From Aliivibrio fischeri ES114 (GTDB lineage: Bacteria; Pseudomonadota; Gammaproteobacteria; Enterobacterales; Vibrionaceae), in NCBI RefSeq assembly GCF_000011805.1, contig NC_006840.2: a DNA stretch of 32,000 nucleotides; one strand, written 5' to 3'. Below are positions 19,202-27,429 of this stretch, piece after piece (the stretch's first letter is position 1; the number at the start of each line of letters is the position of its first letter). The translations under genes were made by a program, and so were the position numbers. The notes under the pieces were generated by a model, which worked only from the letters and a program-made list of their open reading frames with translations, did not search any database and was not told the DNA's origin.

Positions 19202-20221
19202 ATGTTGAGAGTGGCAATAAATGGATTTGGCCGAATTGGTCGTAGTGTACTTCGAGCGTTATACGAGAGTGATAAGCGCGATAAAATAGAAGTGGTGGCT
19301 GTTAATGAATTATCACAGCCTGAAGCGATGGCGCACTTATTTCAATATGATTCAACTCACGGACGCTTTCAGCACAAAGTCACCCACGATCAAGAATACC
19401 CTTATAGTGATGTACCTGACAGCTCTCAAGATAAGGTTCGCATATTACATCAAGCGGATCTTTCCCTTTTACCATGGCAATCGTTAGAGGTTGATTTAGT
19501 TTTGGATTGCACGGGAGTGTACGGTTCTAAATCTGATGGTGAAAAACACATTACTGCTGGAGCTAAGAAGGTTCTATTTTCTCACCCTGGTGGCTCTGAT
19601 TTAGATAACACTATTATTTATGGTGTGAATCACGATACGTTATTACCAGAACATCGAATTGTTTCTAATGGGTCATGTACTACCAATTGCATTATTCCTG
19701 TTATTAAAGCGATTGATGATGCGTTTGGTATCGATTCTGGCACCATTACCACCATCCATTCTTCAATGAATGATCAACAAGTTATTGATGCTTACCATTC
19801 TGATTTACGTCGTACTAGAGCTGCTAGTCAATCTATTATTCCTGTTGATACTAAGTTGCATAAAGGTATTGAAAGAATATTTCCGAAATTTTCTAACAAG
19901 TTTGAAGCGATTTCTGTGCGAGTACCAACGGTAAACGTAACTGCGATGGATTTAAGTGTAACAATTAATACAAATGTGAAAGTTAATGACATAAATCAAA
20001 CCATTGTTAACGCATCTCGGTGTACATTACATAACATTGTTGACTATACTGAAGCGCCGCTTGTTTCTATCGACTTTAATCATGATCCCCACAGCGCCAT
20101 TGTCGATGGATCACAAACAAGGGTGAGTAATGGGCATTTAGTTAAAATGCTAGTTTGGTGCGATAACGAGTGGGGGTTTGCTAATCGGATGCTAGATACC
20201 GCATTAGCAATGAGTAAATAA
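19202..20221 (+). CDS. epd: D-erythrose-4-phosphate dehydrogenase
   Basis: 339 aa with [21 protein letters not shown], the active site [12 protein letters not shown] and [15 protein letters not shown]. It is Epd-like rather than GapA-like and sits in the epd-pgk-fbaA context. Confidence 0.92.
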   Translation: MLRVAINGFGRIGRSVLRALYESDKRDKIEVVAVNELSQPEAMAHLFQYDSTHGRFQHKVTHDQEYPYSDVPDSSQDKVRILHQADLSLLPWQSLEVDLVLDCTGVYGSKSDGEKHITAGAKKVLFSHPGGSDLDNTIIYGVNHDTLLPEHRIVSNGSCTTNCIIPVIKAIDDAFGIDSGTITTIHSSMNDQQVIDAYHSDLRRTRAASQSIIPVDTKLHKGIERIFPKFSNKFEAISVRVPTVNVTAMDLSVTINTNVKVNDINQTIVNASRCTLHNIVDYTEAPLVSIDFNHDPHSAIVDGSQTRVSNGHLVKMLVWCDNEWGFANRMLDTALAMSK

Positions 20222-20387
20222 ACTCAGTAATCAGTAAATTTGTGATGAAAAGATAAAAAAGATGAATTTTTATCTTGAAAAAAGTGAACTGCATCCCTAT
20301 TTACTGAATAATGCAGTAAGAATTTAATCGGTTTGGCAATGACGCCGAGCTTGAAAACTTTTTATTATTTAATTGAGAGGACAAAAC

Positions 20388-21551
20388 ATGTCTGTAATCA
20401 AGATGACTGACCTGGAACTTGCAGGTAAACGCGTATTTATCCGTGCTGACCTAAACGTACCAGTTAAAGATGGTAAAGTAACTTCTGATGCACGTATCCT
20501 TGCATCTCTACCAACTATCAAGCTTTGCTTGGAAGCTGGCGCTAAAGTAATGGTTACTTCTCACCTAGGTCGTCCAACGGAAGGCGAGTACAACGAAGAG
20601 TTCTCTCTAGCTCCTGTAGTTAACTACTTGAATGACGCACTAGATTGTGACGTTAAGCTAGCAAAAGATTACCTAGACGGTCTTGAACTGAACGCTGGTG
20701 AATTAGTTGTTCTTGAAAACGTTCGCTTCAACAAAGGCGAGAAGAAGAACGAAGAAGAGCTTTCTAAGAAATACGCTGCACTATGTGACATCTTCGTAAT
20801 GGATGCATTTGGTACTGCTCACCGTGCACAAGCATCTACTCACGGTGTTGGCATGAACGCTCCTGTAGCGTGTGCTGGTCCACTACTAGCTGCAGAACTT
20901 GAAGCACTTGGTAAAGCAATGTCTAACCCTGAGCGTCCACTAGTTGCTATCGTTGGTGGTTCAAAAGTATCTACTAAGCTAACAGTTCTTGAGTCACTAT
21001 CTAAAATCGCTGACCAACTTGTTGTTGGTGGTGGTATCGCGAATACATTCATCGCTGCTGAAGGTCACAACGTAGGTAAATCACTATACGAAGCAGACCT
21101 AGTTGAAACAGCTCAAAAACTAATGAAAGAGTGTGCAATTCCAGTTGCTACTGATGTTGCATGTGCGAAAGCATTTGACGAAAACGCTGAAGCTGAAATC
21201 AAACACGTTTCTGAAGTTCAAGATGACGACATGATTTTCGACCTTGGTCCAGATTCAACAGCTGCACTTGCTGAAATCATCGGCAATGCGAAAACAATTC
21301 TTTGGAATGGTCCAGTTGGCGTATTCGAATTCAAAAACTTCGAAGCGGGTACAGCGGGTATCTCTAAAGCAATCGCTGAATCTGCAGGTTTCTCTGTAGC
21401 AGGTGGTGGTGATACACTAGCAGCTATCGACAAGTTCGGTATTAAAGCTGACGTATCTTACATCTCTACAGGTGGTGGTGCATTCCTTGAATTCGTTGAA
21501 GGTAAAGTACTTCCTGCAGTAGCAATGCTTGAAGAGCGTGCTAAAGCATAA
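20388..21551 (+). CDS. pgk: phosphoglycerate kinase
   Basis: [37 protein letters not shown] is colinear with E. coli Pgk. The ATG at 20388 follows a GAGAGGA Shine-Dalgarno. The track start 20373 (TTG) adds 5 unsupported codons. Confidence 0.96.
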   Translation: MSVIKMTDLELAGKRVFIRADLNVPVKDGKVTSDARILASLPTIKLCLEAGAKVMVTSHLGRPTEGEYNEEFSLAPVVNYLNDALDCDVKLAKDYLDGLELNAGELVVLENVRFNKGEKKNEEELSKKYAALCDIFVMDAFGTAHRAQASTHGVGMNAPVACAGPLLAAELEALGKAMSNPERPLVAIVGGSKVSTKLTVLESLSKIADQLVVGGGIANTFIAAEGHNVGKSLYEADLVETAQKLMKECAIPVATDVACAKAFDENAEAEIKHVSEVQDDDMIFDLGPDSTAALAEIIGNAKTILWNGPVGVFEFKNFEAGTAGISKAIAESAGFSVAGGGDTLAAIDKFGIKADVSYISTGGGAFLEFVEGKVLPAVAMLEERAKA

Positions 21552-21560
21552 TTATTTAAG

Positions 21561-21588
21561 AGCGGGAATCTAATCATTCCCGCTTTTT
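21561..21588 (+). terminator. rho-independent terminator after pgk
   Basis: agcgggaat / attcccgct stem with a 6-nt loop and a T5 run. Confidence 0.85.
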
Positions 21589-21635
21589 ACGTTTGTTGAT
21601 GGCAAGGTTTATTGATACAATACCGACAGTTGTGA

Positions 21636-21647
21636 GCAAACGTTTGC
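21636..21647. promoter_or_regulatory. perfect 12-bp palindrome GCAAACGTTTGC upstream of fbaA (LacI-family/pur-box-like operator candidate)
   Basis: A perfect palindrome 60 bp upstream of the fbaA ATG, between the pgk terminator and a TAGAAT -10-like hexamer. Its core is identical to the pur-box core. Confidence 0.35.
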
Positions 21648-21706
21648 AAAAGTTTAAACGTAAGTTTTTTAATTTTTAAAACGATAGAATAAATAGGACT
21701 ATTTCC

Positions 21707-22783
21707 ATGTCTAAGATCTTCGATTTTGTAAAACCTGGTGTTATTTCTGGCGACGACGTACAGAAAGTATTTGAAGTAGCAAAAGAAAACAAATTTGCTC
21801 TTCCTGCAGTAAACGTAGTTAACACTGATTCAATCAACGGTGTTTTAGAAGCAGCTGCTAAAGTTAAAGCTCCAGTTGTTGTTCAATTCTCTAACGGCGG
21901 TGCTGGTTTCTTCGCTGGTAAAGGCGTTAAACTTGAAGGTCAAGGTGCTCAAATCCTTGGTGCTGTAGCTGGTGCTAAATACGTTCACGCTGTAGCTGAA
22001 GCTTACGGTGTTCCAGTTATTCTTCACACTGACCACGCTGCTAAGAAACTTCTTCCATGGATCGACGGTCTACTAGACGCTGGTGAAGCATTCTTCGCTG
22101 AAACTGGTAAGCCTCTATTCTCTTCTCACATGATCGACCTTTCTGAAGAGTCTCTAGAAGAAAACATCGAAATCTCTGGCAAATACCTTGAGCGTATGGC
22201 TAAGATGGGCATGACTCTAGAAATCGAACTAGGTTGTACTGGTGGTGAAGAAGACGGCGTTGATAACTCTCACATGGACGCATCTGAGCTTTACACTTCT
22301 CCTGAAGATGTTGCATACGCATACGAGAAACTAAACGCTATCAGCCCACGTTTCACTATCGCTGCATCTTTCGGTAACGTACACGGTGTTTACCAAGCTG
22401 GTAACGTTGTACTTACTCCAACTATCCTACGTGACTCTCAAGCATACTGTGCAGAGAAGTTCGGTATTGCACCTAACGCTCTAAACTTCGTATTCCACGG
22501 TGGTTCAGGTTCTTCTGAAGCTGAAATCCAAGAGTCTATCGGTTACGGTGTTATCAAAATGAACATCGATACTGATACACAATGGGCTACTTGGGATGGT
22601 ATCCGTACTTACGAAGCTGAAAACCGTGATTTCCTACAAGGTCAAATCGGTAACCCAACTGGCGAATCTGCGCCAAACAAGAAGTACTACGATCCACGCG
22701 TATGGCTACGTGCTGGTCAAGCTTCTATGGTTACTCGTCTTGAGAAAGCATTTGCTGACCTTAACGCAATCGACGTACTATAA
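21707..22783 (+). CDS. fbaA: class II fructose-bisphosphate aldolase
   Basis: The 358 aa begin MSKIFDFVKPGVISGDDVQKVF and carry ALPAVNVV, HTDHAAKK, HGGSGS and strong high-expression codon bias. Confidence 0.97.
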   Translation: MSKIFDFVKPGVISGDDVQKVFEVAKENKFALPAVNVVNTDSINGVLEAAAKVKAPVVVQFSNGGAGFFAGKGVKLEGQGAQILGAVAGAKYVHAVAEAYGVPVILHTDHAAKKLLPWIDGLLDAGEAFFAETGKPLFSSHMIDLSEESLEENIEISGKYLERMAKMGMTLEIELGCTGGEEDGVDNSHMDASELYTSPEDVAYAYEKLNAISPRFTIAASFGNVHGVYQAGNVVLTPTILRDSQAYCAEKFGIAPNALNFVFHGGSGSSEAEIQESIGYGVIKMNIDTDTQWATWDGIRTYEAENRDFLQGQIGNPTGESAPNKKYYDPRVWLRAGQASMVTRLEKAFADLNAIDVL

Positions 22784-22815
22784 TTTTTATTATAGACAGC
22801 TCGAATTGAGTTAAT

Positions 22816-22844
22816 AAAAAACCCGCTGATTAGCGGGTTTTTTT
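22816..22844 (+). terminator. rho-independent terminator after fbaA (symmetrical A/T flanks)
   Basis: acccgct / agcgggt stem with a gatt loop, an A5 run upstream and a T7 run downstream. Confidence 0.9.
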
Positions 22845-22896
22845 ATGTCTGTTATAAGGGACTCGCGACGAGGACTTAGGAACGAGTCTTTTTACT

Positions 22897-22931
22897 CGAA
22901 GCGAAGCGTTCTTGTCCCTAGTACCTAAGTG
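22897..22931 (+). repeat. partial copy of the CTAG-heptad intergenic element (right-hand module)
   Basis: gcgaagcgttcttgtccctagt (22901-22922) matches 11187-11208 at 21 of 22 positions. The 7-bp phasing cttgtcc|ctagtac|ctaagtg covers 22911-22931. An (aagcg)x2 repeat lies upstream, and the flanking arms are imperfectly palindromic (acttagg 22875-22881 / cctaagt 22924-22930). Confidence 0.7.
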
Positions 22932-22941
22932 ACTTCTAAAT

Positions 22942-22973
22942 AAAAAAGCAGCCTGTAATACAGACTGCTTTTA
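22942..22973 (-). terminator. rho-independent terminator after srmB
   Basis: gcagcctgt / acagactgc stem with one mismatch and an aat loop. The A6 run 22942-22947 gives a U-tract on the minus strand. Confidence 0.8.
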
Positions 22974-23007
22974 TCGTTTCTAGAGCTAAGCATTCTAGCT
23001 AGCTAAA

Positions 23008-24249
23008 TTACTTCTTCTTTTTCTTCGGTGCTTTTTTCTTCGCTAAAGCAGCTTTCTTCTTCGCATTTTTCTTCTGTTTATTTTTGAAAACAGGTTTTTT
23101 ATGCTTAGGTTTTAGCCCTTCGATGAAGCGTTCTTTAATGATGTCATCTTCTTTGATGTAACGACCTACACGCTCCATCATTGGTTGATCATGCGCTTCA
23201 ATTAAAGATACCGCATTACCTTTTTTACCAGCACGAGCGGTACGACCAATACGGTGTAAGTACACATCAGCAGTACGTGGCATGTCAAAGTTGATAACGT
23301 GTGAAACGTCAGGTAAATCAATACCACGAGCAGCAACATCTGTCGCAATTAACACGTTTACTGTTCCGTCACGGAAGCGAGAAATTGCGTTATTACGGCT
23401 TTCTTGAGCCATTTCACCTTGAATCCAAGCACAAGGGATTTTTGCTGTTTCTAAGTGGCCACGAAGTTCCGCTAAACGTTCACGTGTTTTTACGAATACA
23501 ATTGAGCGTTCTGCTTGCTCTGTTAAGATATTTTTTAACAGATCAATTTTATGAGCCATGTTGTCAGCACGGTGGTACCACTGAGTGATCTTTTTACGCT
23601 CACGGCGTGATGGCTCTGCATTAATCTCTGCAGGTTCATTCAGTAGGTCTGCAGTAAAGCCTTCTACGCCACGACCTTCTAATGTCGCTGAGAATAAGAA
23701 GGTTTGCTTACGCCAACGGCATTCTTTAGATAGACGGTCAACAACAGGGCCAAAACCCATATCTAACATGCGATCTGCTTCATCAAGAATAAGGGTTTCA
23801 ATAGCTCGACAATCAAAGCGCTCAGCTTCGATGTACTCCATTAAACGACCAGGGGTTGCTACAACGATATCTTGAGTAGTAGCTAAAATATCAGCGTGAT
23901 CTTGGTAGCTAATACCACCTGTAATCGTAAATACTTTATGACGAGTATATTTTGCTAATTGACGAGCTTCATCAGCAACTTGAATTGCTAATTCACGTGT
24001 AGGCGTCAGGATAAGAATACGAGCAGGTCCTGGTTCGCGACGAGGGAAGTCATCTAAGTGCTGAAGAGCTGGTAATAAGAATGCAGCAGATTTACCTGTC
24101 CCTGTTGGTGCAGAAGCAAGGATATCTTTACCTTCTAATGCTTCAGGGATAGTCATAGCCTGAACTTGAGTTGGACGTTGATAATCTATCTCCTCAAGAG
24201 CACGCAATAGGTTAGGTGATAGATCGAGGTCAGCAAACGTTTTGAGCAC
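23008..24249 (-). CDS. srmB: ATP-dependent DEAD-box RNA helicase SrmB
   Basis: 413 aa with a Q-motif, APTGTGKSAAFLLPALQHL, DEAD (LDEADRMLDMGF), SAT, HRIGRTARAG and a lysine-rich tail. The N-terminal half is colinear with E. coli SrmB. Confidence 0.9.
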   Translation of the reverse strand: MLKTFADLDLSPNLLRALEEIDYQRPTQVQAMTIPEALEGKDILASAPTGTGKSAAFLLPALQHLDDFPRREPGPARILILTPTRELAIQVADEARQLAKYTRHKVFTITGGISYQDHADILATTQDIVVATPGRLMEYIEAERFDCRAIETLILDEADRMLDMGFGPVVDRLSKECRWRKQTFLFSATLEGRGVEGFTADLLNEPAEINAEPSRRERKKITQWYHRADNMAHKIDLLKNILTEQAERSIVFVKTRERLAELRGHLETAKIPCAWIQGEMAQESRNNAISRFRDGTVNVLIATDVAARGIDLPDVSHVINFDMPRTADVYLHRIGRTARAGKKGNAVSLIEAHDQPMMERVGRYIKEDDIIKERFIEGLKPKHKKPVFKNKQKKNAKKKAALAKKKAPKKKKK

Positions 24250-24337
24250 TGTTGATTCTCCGTTCAGGTATGAAATTTTAAAAATATAGTGTCAGCCGGA
24301 CATTATAGTGATCCATCTCTAATAAATCACCGATCTT

Positions 24338-25042
24338 TTAATCCATATTGAGATAAAACGTTCTAGTTAGCTTAATAAAGTCGTCGCTATATCCATTTCC
24401 GTCGTGAATTGTGAGTGTACTCTCTTGATAAATATGAGGAAAAAGAGATAGCTCGATAAGAAGGCGAGTAGGAGATTTTTTTTCAGTAGTTTTTACTTTT
24501 GTTATTTTGGTTAAATGAAAATCATCGTTTTTAGCCACTTTAATAAAAAGTTCACCTTCAAATACTGGAAGAATAAAGCTAGCACGACCCGTTGGGGAAA
24601 TCAGTGTTTTACAGTGTTGTAATAGTTTGTCAAAAGGAAGGCTATCCGTATGTCGAGCGGTAGAACGTTCACCTTTTTGTGATTGTTCTCCATTATTAAA
24701 ATAAGGAGGATTACAAATAATAGCGTCATATTTATGAGGTGCTTGGTAAGTAAGAAAGTCATGATGAATAAGAGTGAGTCGCTCTTTCCATGGGCTTTGA
24801 TAAAAATTTAAACGAGCAACGTCAGCGGCTATTGGCATTAATTCTATGGCATCAATATGTGCATCTGAATTTCTTTGCGCACTCATTAGGCTTAATAATC
24901 CCGTTCCAGCACCTATATCTAATATTTGGCTACACGCACGAATATCTGCCCAAGCACCTAATAGCACCCCATCAGTACTAACTGGCATTCCACATGAACC
25001 AATATCGATATGAAATTGTTTGAAAGTAAAGCTTTTGCTCAT
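24338..25042 (-). CDS. trmN: tRNA1(Val) (adenine37-N6)-methyltransferase (YfiC/TrmN6)
   Basis: 234 aa with FxFKQF at the N-terminus, the SAM motif ILDIGAGTGLLSLM and the N6-adenine MTase motif NPPY (ICNPPYF). It is adjacent to srmB as yfiC is in E. coli. Confidence 0.88.
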   Translation of the reverse strand: MSKSFTFKQFHIDIGSCGMPVSTDGVLLGAWADIRACSQILDIGAGTGLLSLMSAQRNSDAHIDAIELMPIAADVARLNFYQSPWKERLTLIHHDFLTYQAPHKYDAIICNPPYFNNGEQSQKGERSTARHTDSLPFDKLLQHCKTLISPTGRASFILPVFEGELFIKVAKNDDFHLTKITKVKTTEKKSPTRLLIELSLFPHIYQESTLTIHDGNGYSDDFIKLTRTFYLNMD

Positions 25043-25167
25043 AATAGACCTATTGGGACATAGTTGTTAATTTTGTAATTAAGTTGTTAACTGGTTTATT
25101 GTTCTATTTGGGATCTATTGTTAAATGTTTTTATACTTACTGAATGTTCTGTTTAGTTTTATATAAT

Positions 25168-25182
25168 TAGATTAATAATCTA
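25168..25182. promoter_or_regulatory. 15-bp palindrome TAGATTA-A-TAATCTA, Lrp-consensus-like, upstream of brnQ
   Basis: Perfect 7-bp arms that match the Lrp SELEX consensus YAGHAWATTWTDCTR at 12 of 15 positions. A third ctagatta lies at 25202-25209. It sits about 150 bp upstream of the start of a branched-chain amino-acid transporter gene. Confidence 0.35.
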
Positions 25183-25330
25183 GTTTTTAACCAATATTTA
25201 ACTAGATTATGGTGTTTTACGCTAAGGTATTGCGAACTTGTGATAATTTGTTCATTATTCTGGAAGATATATCATATATAGATATAAAACATAAAATTAA
25301 ATACACACAACATTATACAAGGGTTTTATT

Positions 25331-26644
25331 GTGAAACAGTCATTAAAACTAGCCGATATCATTGCCGTTGGCTTTATGCTTTTTGCCTTTTTCTTAGGCG
25401 CAGGCAATATTATTTTCCCACCAATTGCTGGCCAAATGGCTGGTGAGCACGTTTTTGGTGCAATGAGTGGATTTTTAATCACAGCTGTTGGTTTACCATT
25501 ATTAACTATCATTGCTATTGGTGTCTCTGGTGGTTCTTGGCAGCACCTAACACGTGACCTACCTCCTAAAGTAGCAATGATAATGGCAATTTTAATGTTT
25601 GTTATTATTGGCCCTGCTTTTGCTGCCCCTCGAACAGGTTTGGTTGCATATGAAATGGCAGCGAAACCATTTATCGGAGCGGATGCAGGTCAATTTTCAC
25701 TGACTCTATTTTCAATTGTATTCTTCTCTATCGCAATGTTTTTTGCATGGTCTCAAGGTAAATTGATTGACACTATTGGTAAGTTTTTAACGCCAGCATT
25801 GTTCATTGGTTTAATTGTGCTTGCTATTGCTGTATTCGTTAATCCTCAAGGTGATATTGTTGCTGCTACAGGTAAGTATGTTGATAGCCCTCTAACAACA
25901 GGATTTTTTGAAGGTTACAATACAATGGATACGTTTGGTGCCTTGATGTTTGGTATTTTGATCATCGATGCATTGAAGAGCAAAGGTATTACAGAACATA
26001 AAGCGACAACTAAATATTTAACGATTGCTGGTTTAATTGCGGCATCGGGCTTAGCTTTTGTGTACGTATCATTATTCTACTTAGGTGCAACGTCTAGTAC
26101 GGTTGCAGCAGGGGCTGATAATGGTGGGGCAATACTAACAGCTTATACTCATGCATTGTTTGGTACCTCTGGGCAGACGGTATTATCTGTTATTGTATTA
26201 ATTGCTTGTCTAACAACGGCTATTGGTCTGATTTCAGCTTGCGCAGATTACTTTAGCTCAATCTGTAAAGTGACATATAAGTCTTGGGTTATTATTGTTG
26301 GTGTAGCATGTGCGGTAGTTGCTAATGTTGGATTAACTCAGCTAATTACGCTTTCGGTTCCTGTATTATTCTTACTTTACCCGGTAGCAATTGCATTAGT
26401 TGTGTTGGCTTTCATTCGTAAAATGATGCCAAATCCACAATTAGCTTATCGTGTCGTTATTTCTGTTGCGACGTGTTTTGCGATATTAGATGCTGCGAAA
26501 GTTGCTGGTGCGGATATGTCTGCTTTCTCAATGCTACCAATGTTTGACCATGGTATGGCTTGGGTGATTCCAACATTTGCTTCGATGATCATTGTTCGTT
26601 TTGTCGGTAAGAAAGAAGACGAATTAGTGACTGAAAATGCATAA
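25331..26644 (+). CDS. brnQ: branched-chain amino acid transport system II carrier protein
   Basis: 437 aa, polytopic (about 12 hydrophobic segments), with the N-terminal signature GFMLFAFFLGAGNIIFPP of the LIVCS family. GTG start. Confidence 0.93.
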   Translation: MKQSLKLADIIAVGFMLFAFFLGAGNIIFPPIAGQMAGEHVFGAMSGFLITAVGLPLLTIIAIGVSGGSWQHLTRDLPPKVAMIMAILMFVIIGPAFAAPRTGLVAYEMAAKPFIGADAGQFSLTLFSIVFFSIAMFFAWSQGKLIDTIGKFLTPALFIGLIVLAIAVFVNPQGDIVAATGKYVDSPLTTGFFEGYNTMDTFGALMFGILIIDALKSKGITEHKATTKYLTIAGLIAASGLAFVYVSLFYLGATSSTVAAGADNGGAILTAYTHALFGTSGQTVLSVIVLIACLTTAIGLISACADYFSSICKVTYKSWVIIVGVACAVVANVGLTQLITLSVPVLFLLYPVAIALVVLAFIRKMMPNPQLAYRVVISVATCFAILDAAKVAGADMSAFSMLPMFDHGMAWVIPTFASMIIVRFVGKKEDELVTENA

Positions 26645-26764
26645 TTCTAGGGACTAGGGACTAGGGACTAGAGATTACAAGAGCGAGTATAACTGTTTAA
26701 GTTCACTCGCTCTTTTCTTTTATAGTAACGCAGTGTCTAGTTAGCAAAGCGTATCGTTTCTAGC
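26645..26764 (-). repeat. composite CTAG-rich intergenic element (family copy 2, inverted relative to copy 1) with a 7-bp tandem array
   Basis: (ctaggga)x3 plus ctagaga lies at 26647-26674, which reads ctagtcc x3 on the minus strand. A hairpin with a 10-bp stem spans 26679-26714. The 21-nt module tctagttagcaaagcgtatcg at 26736-26756 is the exact reverse complement of 11087-11107. tatcgtttctag (26752-26763) also occurs at 22972-22983. Confidence 0.8.
26679..26714 (+). terminator. hairpin terminator shared by converging brnQ and fldB
   Basis: aagagcgagt / actcgctctt 10-bp stem with a 16-nt loop, followed by ttcttttat on the plus strand. Confidence 0.65.
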
Positions 26765-26765
26765 T

Positions 26766-27290
26766 TTAAAGCGACTCGTGATATTCTACTAAAATCTGCT
26801 CACACCACTGCTCAATACGCTCATTACTTTTATCATACTGACTGTCTTCATCTAGAGCTAAACCAACAAAGTGAGATTCATCTTCAGTTAATGCTTTTGA
26901 TGCGTCGAATTGGTAGCCTTCATTTTTCCAATAGCCAATGAATTTAGCATTCGTTGCTTTTAATTCATCATGTAATAAGCCCATGGCATCTAAGAACCAT
27001 TCACCGTAGCCTTCTTGATCGCCAAGACCAAATAATGCAATTGTTTTTCCATCTAGAGATAGGCCATCTAACTCTTCCCAGACGGCTAACCAATCTTCTT
27101 GGATTTCACCAAAATCCCATGTAGAGATCCCAAGTAATAAAAGATCGTAATCATTCATTGTGGTCACTGGTGTCTCTTTAATATTAAAGACATCAACAAG
27201 ATCCTCTCCAATAAAAGCTCTGATTTTTTCAGATGCCATTTCGGTATAACAAGTTGAAGAACCATAAAACAGACCGATTTTCATTTTCAT
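26766..27290 (-). CDS. fldB: flavodoxin FldB
   Basis: [23 protein letters not shown]...[14 protein letters not shown] is colinear with E. coli FldB, and the gene is divergent from xerD as in E. coli. An alternative start at 27284 (MKIGLFYG) has better Shine-Dalgarno spacing. Confidence 0.93.
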   Translation of the reverse strand: MKMKIGLFYGSSTCYTEMASEKIRAFIGEDLVDVFNIKETPVTTMNDYDLLLLGISTWDFGEIQEDWLAVWEELDGLSLDGKTIALFGLGDQEGYGEWFLDAMGLLHDELKATNAKFIGYWKNEGYQFDASKALTEDESHFVGLALDEDSQYDKSNERIEQWCEQILVEYHESL

Positions 27291-27429
27291 TACCTTAACG
27301 ATGAATAAATATAGAGTTAGTTTACCGTAAATGATTATTAAAATTAAACTTGCATTTAAAGTGGGTAAAATTGTTTAATACTGTAATTCTAACCAGTGTT
27401 TTCTGGAATGTACGTTAAGTGGTAAGTAG

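Noticed and set aside
15477-24981. Antisense or overlapping ORFs in metK (15477-15815, 15771-15959) and tkt (17877-18089, 17884-18093, 18622-19035). The same applies to epd (19305-19487), pgk (20840-21052, 21218-21433), fbaA (21845-22036, 22596-22814), srmB (23301-23588, 23585-23875) and trmN (24790-24981).
   Set aside because: These are shadow frames of highly expressed, strongly codon-biased genes. The Ala/Ser/Pro-rich translations reflect the complementary codon bias and not real proteins.
26647-26674. Tandem ctaggga repeats considered as a CRISPR-like array.
   Set aside because: Units are 7 bp and contiguous with no spacers, and there are no cas genes. It is a microsatellite-type array inside an intergenic repeat element.
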